Virus record (IMG/VR): IMGVR_UViG_3300020042_008397
Coordinates: 1-35,373 of that record
Origin: a virus
Taxonomy: Duplodnaviria; Caudoviricetes
Direction: 5' to 3' (one strand)
DNA length: 35,373 bases
Shown: positions 25,160 through 34,523 of the stretch, one piece after another
Layout of the letters: every line of letters begins with the position of its first letter
Position numbering within the stretch: position 1 is the stretch's first letter
The notes under the pieces: model-generated
What the model was told of the DNA's origin: nothing
The model's input: the letters and a program-made list of their open reading frames with translations, nothing else
The model's database searches: none
Program-made: the position numbers and the translations under genes

Positions 25160-25851
25160 GCCGCTTTCTGTTTTTTGAATTTAGCCGTTGCCGCTTTGTC
25201 ATACCATTTGAGGATGTTTAGCAATGCACGTTTCAACACCTGAGTCTTGCGCGATTGCGGCAAAATCTGAGGGTCTGCGCTATGCTTCACCGTGTTATTC
25301 AATTCCGCTTTTGGCGAAAAAACACTGCGCTTGGTTGTTGCGTTTCCAAGGTTCGCAAACTTCTGAGCGTGGGGAAGAAAGTTTTTCCCGATGTTGACTT
25401 TTTGCGTGCCGCTTTGCTTGCTCGATAGCTGATTGCCAGAACCAAACCATGCGCCTTTTGCCATGCCCGCGTTATCACGCTTTGGCTTTAATGCCTCTTG
25501 CAAAATTGCGGGCGTAACGGTTTTTCTTTGCTCAATCGGCAGCTTCACAGTTCTACGCCGTCCACGGGTTCTATGTTGTTCAATCCATTCGTAGCACGCT
25601 TGCGGAGTTTTTAGCGATGGTCGAGATTCAACCATGCGGCAAACGTTCATTGCATCAAGATAGATTGCTTTGTTCTGAATGTCCTTCGTTTTTTTGCCCT
25701 TGCCAAACGCTTGAGTTGCCCCTGCAAGCTCGCGTGCAATCTGAACTCCCCACCGATACAAAGCTTGCTCTGATGACTCGCCAAACGACTTACTAGCCAC
25801 AGCAAGGCTGCGCTCTAGTTGTCGATTATCGGTCTTCATAGTTAGCTTCAT
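25156..25851 (-). CDS. Tail completion / neck protein (basic)
   Basis: 231 aa Lys/Arg-rich, 'AGMAKGAW'; position in neck cluster. Confidence 0.5.
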   Translation of the reverse strand: MKLTMKTDNRQLERSLAVASKSFGESSEQALYRWGVQIARELAGATQAFGKGKKTKDIQNKAIYLDAMNVCRMVESRPSLKTPQACYEWIEQHRTRGRRRTVKLPIEQRKTVTPAILQEALKPKRDNAGMAKGAWFGSGNQLSSKQSGTQKVNIGKNFLPHAQKFANLGNATTKRSVFSPKAELNNTVKHSADPQILPQSRKTQVLKRALLNILKWYDKAATAKFKKQKAA

Positions 25852-26180
25852 GCTCGGGTGATTGATTCCAATTTGAGAGTTACAAAAGATCGTCCTGAAA
25901 CAATGTCTGTTAATCGAAAGCTGCGACTGCGAGATGATACCGATGATCCGATATAACTCTTGATCGCGGCCGTGTAAGCCGTTGTAAACTCGGTCGTTTC
26001 AACGACTGCTTGAAAACTAGCAATCGGTGAAAAGCCCGTATCTTCGTAGCTTTGAGAGTCGGCAATTTCATTCAATACCGCGCTAACAGATGCGCCACCG
26101 TTAATGGTGATGGTTTCCCCGCCAATCGTGGTGCGAGCGGATAGGAAAGCTTTTTTTGCAAATTCTGTTAGCGCGGACAT
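25848..26180 (-). CDS. Head closure / head-tail joining protein
   Basis: 110 aa beta-rich after the capsid gene; ATG 26180. Confidence 0.55.
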   Translation of the reverse strand: MSALTEFAKKAFLSARTTIGGETITINGGASVSAVLNEIADSQSYEDTGFSPIASFQAVVETTEFTTAYTAAIKSYIGSSVSSRSRSFRLTDIVSGRSFVTLKLESITRA

Positions 26181-26184
26181 TTTG

Positions 26185-26215
26185 AAAAACCACCCCGCCA
26201 TTTCCGACGGGATGG
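26185..26215 (-). terminator. Intrinsic terminator after the major capsid gene
   Basis: CCATCCCGTC-ggaaat-GGCGGGGTGG-TTTTT. Confidence 0.8.
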
Positions 26216-26240
26216 ATGCTATGAATTACTACCGAAAAGA

Positions 26241-27374
26241 TTAACCAAGGAGCAGTGCGGAATGCGCTGGTTTTGCCACTTTCCAACCCCAAAGGGCGTG
26301 GATGCGGTAAAGAACCATGCCGTCACCTGGATACACGCGAAGGTCAAAGCTGATACCAGTGCGAGGGTCGGTGATGATCTCGTTGTCAATTGCCAAATCA
26401 CCAGCGGATGGGAAGATTGGCAAGCGAGTAGCAAGCACAATTGCATCGCTGGAGAAAGCGAGGTTGCGTGAGCTTGTGGCGTTTACAGTGATTGCTGCGT
26501 TATCTGCAACTGCGGTGACAAGGCCTGGAGCGTTGATGGTGAAGCTGCCGCCAGAAAGAGCGGTTGCTACAACATATTTGTTGTTAGCGATAGTCACAAT
26601 GTCACCTGCAAGGATTGTGCCAGTTCCAGTGTCAACTGCAATTGTGGTTGCTCCGATTGCGTAACCTCCGCCGTTGTTGATAAGGTAGCTTGCGCCACTG
26701 CCAGCGGTTGCATCGTTGATTTGAGCTGACTCACGAACGGAGAAGCCGTGAAGGTTAAGCAATTCGCCATCGCGTAAAGTCATGGAAGTGCCAGACTCGT
26801 TTGCTTTGGTAAGTTGTCCAAGTGTGCGCAATGCAGCACCTGCGGAGGTGTTGATTACGAGCGAACGAGCGGACGAAGGCGCACCGTTGTCGTCAAGAAT
26901 CTTGCGAACTTGAGCGGAGTCACCAAGCGTGGAGGCAAATGGGGTTGTGCCAGCCGTGCCGAAAGCGCGAGATGCGCCTTGTGCGAGAGCGTCACAAACA
27001 TCGTTTTCCATTTCGTTGACAAGAACGCGGAAAGCTTGTGCGATTTGACCTTGTTGGATTGTCAAAAATCCTGGGCCTTGGTCAACGCTGTATTGCTCTT
27101 CACCAGTCCACGAAAACGCGGCGTATTTGTTTTTGGTGAGAGTCAAAGCGGCGTTGCCAATCGTTTGATCTACTGCCGATGGAACTGCCATCGACGGGGT
27201 AAACGAACTAGTCGTATTAGTCGGGGTTTGTGCAATGCGCAAGGTTTGGTTAGAAGCCAAACGGTCAGCGCGTGCATCGCGAGTAACTCCTGGCAATGCG
27301 CCTACAAGTTCGCGGCTTACTACGTCCAAAGCGGCGTAGACATCGGGGATTAGGTTGGATAGTGTATTAGCCAT
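26241..27374 (-). CDS. Major capsid protein (P22 coat gp5-like family)
   Basis: MANTLSNLIPDVYAALDVVSRELVG N-terminus, insertion domain 'GTILAGDIVTI', C-terminal TDPRTGISF...ALWG. Confidence 0.85.
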   Translation of the reverse strand: MANTLSNLIPDVYAALDVVSRELVGALPGVTRDARADRLASNQTLRIAQTPTNTTSSFTPSMAVPSAVDQTIGNAALTLTKNKYAAFSWTGEEQYSVDQGPGFLTIQQGQIAQAFRVLVNEMENDVCDALAQGASRAFGTAGTTPFASTLGDSAQVRKILDDNGAPSSARSLVINTSAGAALRTLGQLTKANESGTSMTLRDGELLNLHGFSVRESAQINDATAGSGASYLINNGGGYAIGATTIAVDTGTGTILAGDIVTIANNKYVVATALSGGSFTINAPGLVTAVADNAAITVNATSSRNLAFSSDAIVLATRLPIFPSAGDLAIDNEIITDPRTGISFDLRVYPGDGMVLYRIHALWGWKVAKPAHSALLLG

Positions 27375-27376
27375 AA

Positions 27377-27541
27377 TCAGTATTCAGTTGTTGTCCCGCC
27401 ATTAGCGCGGAACTCTTGTTTTTGTTGATCTGTTAGTTGGTTGAGTTCTGAAACGCTCATAACAAGCACTTCGGAAATTGTTTGCGCTTCCACGGTTTCA
27501 TACGCTTCGGCTTGGTTAGAATCTTTTCTTGGTCGTCCCAT
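27377..27541 (-). CDS. 54-aa protein resembling the scaffold C-terminus (not in track)
   Basis: MGRPRKDS...SELNQLTDQQKQEFRANGGTTTEY fills the scaffold-capsid gap exactly. Confidence 0.65.
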   Translation of the reverse strand: MGRPRKDSNQAEAYETVEAQTISEVLVMSVSELNQLTDQQKQEFRANGGTTTEY

Positions 27542-27546
27542 AAAAG

Positions 27547-27966
27547 TTAGATGATTTTGCCGCCAGCTTTGCTGAATTCAGACTTTTGACGCGGGGTCAT
27601 TGCGTTGAACTCTTGGCGAGTCTTGGTGTTGCTTGTGCTTTCTTCTTCAATCACAACTGGTGCTTCGTGACCGTTTTGAGAAAGTAGCGCAATGGCTTTT
27701 TGCTCTGCGCTAGCCTCGGCAGTTTGCACTTCAGCTTGCAAGGTTTCGATCTGCGATTGTGCTTGCGTTAAGCTTTCTGCTGATGCGTCACGCTCTGCGG
27801 TGAGAGTTGCAACCTGTGCTTGCAAGTCAACGATAGATTGCGCTTGTGTTGCGACCGTATCGCGTTCTGCGGTTAGTTCGGCTTGTGCGGCGGATAGATC
27901 ATTCGATAGCGAATTGATTTGCTCCTGCGCAAGCTCTAAGTCTTTTTTGTTTGCGAAAATGCTCAT
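27547..27966 (-). CDS. Scaffolding protein
   Basis: Long Ala/Gln/Glu coiled coil; C-terminal KTRQEFNAMTPRQKSEFSKAGGKII; between protease and capsid. Confidence 0.75.
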   Translation of the reverse strand: MSIFANKKDLELAQEQINSLSNDLSAAQAELTAERDTVATQAQSIVDLQAQVATLTAERDASAESLTQAQSQIETLQAEVQTAEASAEQKAIALLSQNGHEAPVVIEEESTSNTKTRQEFNAMTPRQKSEFSKAGGKII

Positions 27967-27984
27967 GTCGAGTTCGATTTTTGA

Positions 27985-28003
27985 TTGATTTGCGTTACGT
28001 CAA
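27985..28003 (-). promoter_or_regulatory. Late-gene 19-bp motif copy 2
   Basis: TTGACGTAACGCAAATCAA upstream of scaffold ATG 27966. Confidence 0.6.
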
Positions 28004-28012
28004 GAATTATTT

Positions 28013-28762
28013 TCAGATAATTTCATCTGCTAAGCCTAGGTCGATTGCTTTTTGTCCAGAATACCAGCCTGCGCGGAAAACTTCTTCATCAAGATCGGGT
28101 CTGCGTTCTGAAACAAACGCTTGGAATGTTTCTCCGTGCTGATTTGCGGACTCTTGCAAGAAAGCTAGCTGCTCTGCGTTCGGCTCAAGATGGAAAGTCG
28201 ATTTAAGCGTTGCACCTTCGTTGGTGATTGCTTTTGCCTCAACTCCGATATTGCGCTCGTATTGAGTCCAGTCATACCAAGTCATGATCGTGCCGATATT
28301 GCCAATTTGAGCCGTTTCGGAAATCACAATGCGATTGGTTGCACTTGCCAGCATGTAGGCGGCGGAACAAGCGCAGGAAGTTACCGTTGCGGCAGTTGGC
28401 ACGGAAAGCGATGCTATGTAACGCGAAAGCTCGATGGCTCCGTTCACGCTTCCACCGCCGCTATTGATTGAAAAGTTGATTGCTTGCGCTCCGTTTTCTA
28501 GCAAATCCTCAACCTCATTTTTGATTGAATCATAGCTTGTGACAATGCCGATCTTTTCGTAAACTGCTGGAACGCCATTTGTCAGCATTCCCTGAATAGA
28601 TACCGTGCCGATTCCGTTTTCGATAGACGCTGCGGGTCGGAGATTGAAAAAATCCTCATACTCGATATCGTCGAGGCTAGCGTTCATCGCTGCGTGTAGC
28701 TGTGAAGCATCGCACGCATAAAAGCGTTGCATTGCTAGGTGATTATGCAGTTGGTTCTTCAT
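28013..28762 (-). CDS. S49 (SppA / lambda gpC-like) prohead protease
   Basis: INSGGGSVNG, ACSAAYMLAS, IGNIG, KAIDLGLADEI. Confidence 0.88.
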   Translation of the reverse strand: MKNQLHNHLAMQRFYACDASQLHAAMNASLDDIEYEDFFNLRPAASIENGIGTVSIQGMLTNGVPAVYEKIGIVTSYDSIKNEVEDLLENGAQAINFSINSGGGSVNGAIELSRYIASLSVPTAATVTSCACSAAYMLASATNRIVISETAQIGNIGTIMTWYDWTQYERNIGVEAKAITNEGATLKSTFHLEPNAEQLAFLQESANQHGETFQAFVSERRPDLDEEVFRAGWYSGQKAIDLGLADEII

Positions 28763-30212
28763 TTGGTGTAGATTGTTGTTGGCTCATTTCGTTTGGCGTG
28801 AGCATCACCATTTCGCGATCCTCAATAACCACGTTGTATTTTTGTGCTATTTGAGCGGCGATGACTTTGCGTTGCGCGATTTCCTCGGCACGCTCGGTGT
28901 AATGCTCTGTCAGCGTTGTCCCTTGTGCTTCCAGAATGTCGCCAAGGTTAGTAGTTCCAAGTTTGAATCCCTCACGCATCATTTGCGCTTCTCTGCCGTC
29001 ATCCACGGTCAAACGCGGAGGCATAGTAAACGACCATGAAAACGGCGCGGCAACTTGTGTGATTTTACCGTTGGCAGCTAGCACTGCATAAGCGTATTCC
29101 AGCTTGCGTTTGGCAATATATTTCAGCACCTTTTGGCGTGCCAAGATTGCCCTACGAGCGCGTTCTACTTCTGCGCGTTCTGCCGTGCCTTGTCCCGCTG
29201 GCTTCCATGTCATCGAATAACTCCAGCCGATTCCGATTAAGCTCATGCGAATCATGCGATCATGGAATGACTCCCAAATTTCTCCAGGGTTTTCGTGCTT
29301 GATTGTCTCAATTTTGCTGCCGCTTCCCGCCACAAAGTAACGGTTTGTTCCTGGCTGAACTCGCTCAAAAGTGATTCCGCTCTCGTTATTGCAAAGCATG
29401 TCAGTGTTTGCTGGATCGTCCAAATCAGCACCACCAATTTCGTTGTGTTCGACAAGTCCAATGCTTGAAACGATCATTTGACGGATGCGCTCGTATTCGG
29501 TTGATTGCAAACAATGTTTGAGATCCTCTAATGCGTGCGTAAAGCTTGGCAATCCACGTCCTTGCTCTTGCCATTCGGGATTAAAGCCGTGAATGATTTT
29601 GTAAGCTGGGAAATCTTCGTATGATGTTGATTCTGTTCCCGTGCTGATACGGTATGCAATCGGTCTCCCTGCTTTGTTGTAAATTACGCCATCGCGGATG
29701 ACTGCGCCTTTGTAGGTTCCGTCTTTTAGCTCCTGACCATCTGCCGCGCCTTTGCTCCAGCATTGATGGTAAGGGATGCTTTGAAACTGTGGAAACGTCC
29801 CGCTTGAATCGTAAGTCAAAAGCGTAAAGTCGCCGCCGTCTCGATCCATGGCGATGGATGTCAAACGCAAATCAGTCTGCCAATCATACATGCCGCCTCG
29901 GATGTCGCTGTTTGGATATAAAACGTTGATCAGGTATTGAGTGGCAGCATTGCCAGCATCACGATCCGCGCCAGTATAAGTAGGAAGCCAAGCCTCGCCT
30001 ACGCTGTAATCAGCTTTCTGATTGATTGCCGCGCGTGGCACTCCCATGTTTGTGTATAAACGCCGTGACAATGCCGCCAAGGTTCTGCGGTCATTCATCG
30101 GGATTAGTTTGTCAATATCGCCATCACGATTCTCATATTGAGGCGAGCGGCGAACGTCACGCGTGGCAGCGTGCGCAAATTTTACAGTTTGTCCGTATTG
30201 GTCAACGATCAT
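28743..30212 (-). CDS. Portal protein (lambda-like family)
   Basis: 489 aa; 'DGVIYNKAGRPIAYRI', 'IIH.F..EWQEQGRGLP'; position. Confidence 0.85.
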   Translation of the reverse strand: MIVDQYGQTVKFAHAATRDVRRSPQYENRDGDIDKLIPMNDRRTLAALSRRLYTNMGVPRAAINQKADYSVGEAWLPTYTGADRDAGNAATQYLINVLYPNSDIRGGMYDWQTDLRLTSIAMDRDGGDFTLLTYDSSGTFPQFQSIPYHQCWSKGAADGQELKDGTYKGAVIRDGVIYNKAGRPIAYRISTGTESTSYEDFPAYKIIHGFNPEWQEQGRGLPSFTHALEDLKHCLQSTEYERIRQMIVSSIGLVEHNEIGGADLDDPANTDMLCNNESGITFERVQPGTNRYFVAGSGSKIETIKHENPGEIWESFHDRMIRMSLIGIGWSYSMTWKPAGQGTAERAEVERARRAILARQKVLKYIAKRKLEYAYAVLAANGKITQVAAPFSWSFTMPPRLTVDDGREAQMMREGFKLGTTNLGDILEAQGTTLTEHYTERAEEIAQRKVIAAQIAQKYNVVIEDREMVMLTPNEMSQQQSTPNEEPTA

Positions 30213-30487
30213 TGGAAAAATACACGGGTTCGAGTTGTCGAATAAAAGCCGTTGTCATAATGCCAAACGACCCGTTCCAGCAATGCTAGCCTGTCAGCTT
30301 TTGAAATAGTCGTTGACTGTGAGAAGGTTTGACCGTTCACCGTTGCGCTAGTTAGCTCTTTGCCAGCGTCCGCTGATGTGGCAATCTCCAGCGCAATCGT
30401 GGCGTATTCGTCACGGATGGTTTGCATGGCTGTCGCGTTTGTTCGCGTAGCCTTTGCCACCGTTAATGCTAGCCGAGCAAGATTCAT
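30209..30487 (-). CDS. Head-tail joining protein (gpW-position)
   Basis: 92 aa, 'SATVNGQTFS', ATG-coupled to the portal. Confidence 0.55.
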   Translation of the reverse strand: MNLARLALTVAKATRTNATAMQTIRDEYATIALEIATSADAGKELTSATVNGQTFSQSTTISKADRLALLERVVWHYDNGFYSTTRTRVFFQ

Positions 30488-30502
30488 GCGCGTATTGCGC
30501 GA

Positions 30503-30521
30503 TTGATTCTCCTTGCGTCAA
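30503..30521 (-). promoter_or_regulatory. Late-gene 19-bp motif copy 1
   Basis: TTGACGCAAGGAGAATCAA upstream of ATG 30487. Confidence 0.6.
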
Positions 30522-30540
30522 GTATTTTTTTCAGCGTATT

Positions 30541-31239
30541 TCATTCGTAATCGCGAACGGAAATAAATCTTGCGTGCCGTGGGATGCCGTTTTCGGTCAA
30601 TCCGTTGTATTTGAATGTCACGCTATCACCAACTTTTATGGTATGCGCTTTGACTTTTACGATGATTCCTTGCCATTGCAGATGAGCCGCGCCGTCAATT
30701 ATGGCGATACACTTACCCTCATCCGTGGCGTGGTCTTTCATTTTGAGAAGCAAATCCGTTCTGCCGTGCCTGTATTCTGCGGATGGTTGGCGCAACATTA
30801 GACCTTCGCCACCTTTGGATTTGACAGAATCAAACAACTGCTTCAAATGTTTTTCATCTTTAATTTTGACATGCTCCAAAATTACAATGTGAGGCGAAAC
30901 AATTGATTTCATCATTTCGATGCGCTGAAACAAATTGCCTTTTGTGCTTGGTAAATCAAAAATGCAAAGGCGCAATTCGTGCCAATGTTGATCGTTGGCT
31001 TTGTTTATTTTGACTACGTTTGCAGCAAATTGAAAGCGTCCGCGCTCTGCCCAAAGTTCGCAATCTAGCGCATATTTTGGAAGCGCGGAAACAAACCAAT
31101 CAGGAGCATTGATTATACGAAAATTCTTTGTGTAAAGCTTTTCGCCATCCCAAATAGCGCGAACCCCATCAAGCTTTTCAGACGCAAAAAATCCTTTTAC
31201 ATCTTCGCCTTGGTATTCTCTTGCTAACATTACTTTCAT
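30541..31239 (-). CDS. Minimal ATP-dependent DNA ligase
   Basis: Motif I SEKLDGVRA, III LDCEL, IIIa IFDLP, IV EGLMLR, V LLKMK, C-terminal PRHARF; ATG 31239. Confidence 0.9.
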   Translation of the reverse strand: MKVMLAREYQGEDVKGFFASEKLDGVRAIWDGEKLYTKNFRIINAPDWFVSALPKYALDCELWAERGRFQFAANVVKINKANDQHWHELRLCIFDLPSTKGNLFQRIEMMKSIVSPHIVILEHVKIKDEKHLKQLFDSVKSKGGEGLMLRQPSAEYRHGRTDLLLKMKDHATDEGKCIAIIDGAAHLQWQGIIVKVKAHTIKVGDSVTFKYNGLTENGIPRHARFISVRDYE

Positions 31240-31304
31240 TTTTGGGAGTGTGTTCGCCGTTATGTTGCTTGATTTTTGCAAAAAGTCAATTTTTTTAGCG
31301 TATT

Positions 31305-33005
31305 TTATTCTCCTTTGAATACACCCCGAACATAAGCAACTGCTACGTTGTAATAAAGACAGTCCCACAAGTGGTTGTTACGATTCAGGGTTTTCCAGAA
31401 CTGCGTAACGTTGCCTTTTGCGTCTGTCGTTTCGGCTCTGACCTCTGCCTTTAGGTGATTGCGGAAGTTGTCACTGACATCAATCGGCAGCTCAATTCTG
31501 CCAGCGTTGAGCAATCCATCGGTGTCGTCTTTGAATCGTTTCGATGAGACGAAGAAGTAGCGAACGATCTGCTTGCTCTTAGTCATCATGCGCCCATATT
31601 TCGAGTAAGCCTTGGCAACTTGCTTCCCGTCCTGCGTCTGGTGAGTGAACTCTAGCTTGTCACTTCCACGAATGCCAGTCCAGCCGTTGCGCTCAATCAT
31701 AGCAAGAACATCGAGGTTCTCCGTGTCCCATGAGATGTCAACAAAGACGTTACTAGCTGCGATACCAGCTTTGTCTTGCACCGCTTTTAGTTTCGCCTCG
31801 CTGTCGATATAACCTTCGGAAAGCACCTTGCATTTCGCGTATTTAGTCCATGCCGCCGCAATATGCCAGTAATGCCCCTTGCCGCAGTCAATAGTCATGT
31901 AGCGACCATGCTCGTTTTCGATTGTCATTGCGCTTAGTTCCTCTTTCGAGAAGTCACCGATGGCTATTTCCTTTTTGTCTGGCACAAAGTTCTCATCCCA
32001 AAACTCTGCAAAGTCTTTTTGTCTCAACTGCTTCCACGGCTCAATCCGTCCGTTGTTGAGTTGATCCTTTGCGTCGAGAATTCTGCCGACGACCTCGCTA
32101 TATGACACCCACCACATAGTAAGTCGCGTCACCCCGTGGATGTAAACCATGCGCGGATTACTGCCGATGCGCTCTAAAATGTAGGTGCTGGAGTCACACA
32201 AAGCCCGTCGATCCTGAATACTGTCTTTGTGAACGTGTCCGCAATTCGGGCATTGAATCCGTGCCGTGTCGCACGTTGCTTGCCGATCAAGTTCGCCGTC
32301 TTTTTTTACAATGTCATACTTCAAGTTGGCATCGCTCCAATCGTGGTAGTTTCCGCATCCTTGGCATGCCCACTTGTAAATGTATTCCGTGGCAATCTCG
32401 CGTTTCCTAAATCCTTCCTTGTGCTTGTAACCTCCCTGCGAGACAAAGAACGCTTTTCGATTCCATCGCTCATGATGCCGAGCCAATGCTTCTTTTATCA
32501 GCCCGTCATCCCATCGCCAATCCTCGTCGCCAAAAACGTAGCGCACCGAGACTTCTTGGAAGTTAGTGAGGTTCGCGCCTACGAATTGCATCGCCATATG
32601 CGGCCATATGATCTCGGTTTTTCGTGAGCTGTGCCGATCCTCTGGCCACAAGGTTTCCAGCGATTTGCATTTTTTCAATGCTGGCAACAATCGAGACTCA
32701 GCCCAAAACTTGGCTTTATCATTGGCTTGTGATGCGTAAAGCAAATTGCCCGCATCCTCGCTGACAATGTAGCAAAACAAAGCCTCTGCCATGGTTGATT
32801 TGCCGCTGCCAGTTGGCATGGTAACATAGACCTCTTGCACGTCATGGTTGCGAATTTGCTCCATGGGAAAACGCCACCAAGGGAACTGGTCAATATCAAA
32901 TTTCGATGAACGCTCTGAGCCGACAATGTGGACGTTTTGAGCGCACCAATCGGCAACTTGTAAATCTGATGGCGGTCGCACCGCTCGGCAAAAGGCATCA
33001 CTCAT
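31305..33005 (-). CDS. Terminase large subunit (lambda gpA-like)
   Basis: Walker A PTGSGKS, Walker B YVFGDE, CxxC pairs CQGCG/CPNCG, nuclease MTID and NHLWDC. Confidence 0.92.
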   Translation of the reverse strand: MSDAFCRAVRPPSDLQVADWCAQNVHIVGSERSSKFDIDQFPWWRFPMEQIRNHDVQEVYVTMPTGSGKSTMAEALFCYIVSEDAGNLLYASQANDKAKFWAESRLLPALKKCKSLETLWPEDRHSSRKTEIIWPHMAMQFVGANLTNFQEVSVRYVFGDEDWRWDDGLIKEALARHHERWNRKAFFVSQGGYKHKEGFRKREIATEYIYKWACQGCGNYHDWSDANLKYDIVKKDGELDRQATCDTARIQCPNCGHVHKDSIQDRRALCDSSTYILERIGSNPRMVYIHGVTRLTMWWVSYSEVVGRILDAKDQLNNGRIEPWKQLRQKDFAEFWDENFVPDKKEIAIGDFSKEELSAMTIENEHGRYMTIDCGKGHYWHIAAAWTKYAKCKVLSEGYIDSEAKLKAVQDKAGIAASNVFVDISWDTENLDVLAMIERNGWTGIRGSDKLEFTHQTQDGKQVAKAYSKYGRMMTKSKQIVRYFFVSSKRFKDDTDGLLNAGRIELPIDVSDNFRNHLKAEVRAETTDAKGNVTQFWKTLNRNNHLWDCLYYNVAVAYVRGVFKGE

Positions 33006-33660
33006 TTTCCATTGCTGCTTTTAGTTTTTCCCTACGTTCCCAAAACTCGCTTTGCTGGTCAGCGAGCATTTCCAGAAAGTCACGATCTCGCTCATCAAGG
33101 ATTGCCGCAATCTGATTTGCGCTGAGTCCCTCCAAAATAGGCGGCAACTCGGATCTGCGCTTCATAGTTGCCGCTCTGACTGCCGCGCCAATCTTGGCAT
33201 CTCGCGTGTCGATTTCTGCAATCCTGACAACTTCCATTTTTTCCTCAGCAAGCTTCAACTCTGCTAGTCCCGCCTGCGCTGCTTCTTTTCTGGCTTTTGA
33301 TTCGTCAATGTCTGGAACTCCCTCAAAGCTAATAACGTCCTTTTGTTTGTCTCGCAATTTTTTAACATAAGCACGCATTGACGCAATGGCATCATACTTG
33401 CTTCCAACTGGCACAAGAACGCAATCGTTTTTGAGTTGCGTAATTCTACCCGCTGTTACGTCTAGCGCTTCGGTCATTTGACGAGCAGTAAATAATGGAG
33501 TTTTTTTATCAACTACTTCATCTTGCTTATTTTCAGCAATCGCTTTTTGCTCCTGAGCTGTCAGCACCTTGCCTGCCTTTACCTTTTTTAGGATGTTGGC
33601 AATGTTTGCGCTTTGTATTTTTTGCGCCATTTCTGGCGTGATGACGTTTTTTTCACTCAT
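32998..33660 (-). CDS. Terminase small subunit (Nu1-like)
   Basis: wHTH 'TARQMTEALDVTAGRITQL', coiled coil 'SKARKEAAQAGLAELKLAEE'; directly upstream of TerL. Confidence 0.75.
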   Translation of the reverse strand: MSEKNVITPEMAQKIQSANIANILKKVKAGKVLTAQEQKAIAENKQDEVVDKKTPLFTARQMTEALDVTAGRITQLKNDCVLVPVGSKYDAIASMRAYVKKLRDKQKDVISFEGVPDIDESKARKEAAQAGLAELKLAEEKMEVVRIAEIDTRDAKIGAAVRAATMKRRSELPPILEGLSANQIAAILDERDRDFLEMLADQQSEFWERREKLKAAMENE

Positions 33661-34523
33661 AGGTCATCAGATTGGAGCGCGGAGGTCAGACTTGCACTGC
33701 CCTCTCCCTGCTGGATGCAAGGCGCATCGACTGCGATGCTTTCCGCGCGTTTTGGTTTGCCGAGATACATTCCCGCGCCGCGACGCTCAATTTCACTAAA
33801 CGGTAAAATCGGTACTGTCAAGCGGGATTTTGCTGCGGGGTTCAAAAAGTAGATGTAGCGGAGTTGGAAGCCGGGGAGTGGTTTCCATCCAGCGTCTGAG
33901 AATTGCTTCATGGATGCACCGCCCGTTTCTTTTGATCCCATTTCAGCGGCTAGTTCTCGACGTATGTTTCCTCCGCCGTTTTTGCCCTTCATGGTCATAG
34001 ATGAGCGTGAGACAACTTTGCGAGCTTGCGCTTGTTCTTGCTTACTTCTCCCGTCGGTTAGCGACATTCGGGAAAATTTTTCACCGGATGGAGCTTCCCA
34101 TATCTGCGTGTTCTCTTTGATCCCAGTCAGCACAAACCCGCTTGCTCTGTAAATCGTTCCGTCTCCGCATTGTGTGCCGTCGGCAAAGCTCACCACCCAT
34201 TCAATATGAGGATACGTCTTTCGAATCAATCGCATCGCCACAGCAATCGCCCTGCTTTCGGAATTACGAGGAAGCCAGTCCGCAAACGCCATGCGGTTTA
34301 GTTCCAAGAATCCGTTCCATCCCGTATTTTCAACTAGACCTTGAATTTTACGCTTGTCGAGCGACGGCCCGAACTGCATTGCGCCGCCGCATTTTCCATC
34401 AAGAAAGACGCCAAAGTGCAACTGCGAGTTTTGCACCACCTTGCCCGAGTAATGGCACGACTTCACAATCCGCGCGGCGTCCTGCGAGCTGATCGGCTTT
34501 ACGATGATTTCTTTTGCGCTCAT
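33657..34523 (-). CDS. Mom-like (GNAT-fold) DNA adenine modification protein
   Basis: HYS...HFGVF...QFG...LELNRM...PRNSESRAI...VVSFADGTQCGDGTIYRASGF..G matches the Mu Mom family pattern. Confidence 0.85.
   Translation of the reverse strand: MSAKEIIVKPISSQDAARIVKSCHYSGKVVQNSQLHFGVFLDGKCGGAMQFGPSLDKRKIQGLVENTGWNGFLELNRMAFADWLPRNSESRAIAVAMRLIRKTYPHIEWVVSFADGTQCGDGTIYRASGFVLTGIKENTQIWEAPSGEKFSRMSLTDGRSKQEQAQARKVVSRSSMTMKGKNGGGNIRRELAAEMGSKETGGASMKQFSDAGWKPLPGFQLRYIYFLNPAAKSRLTVPILPFSEIERRGAGMYLGKPKRAESIAVDAPCIQQGEGSASLTSALQSDDL

Noticed and set aside
31240-31368. N-terminal extension of the ligase given in the ORF track
   Set aside because: Overlaps the TerL end and an AT-rich promoter-like gap; ligase similarity starts at MKVMLA (31239)
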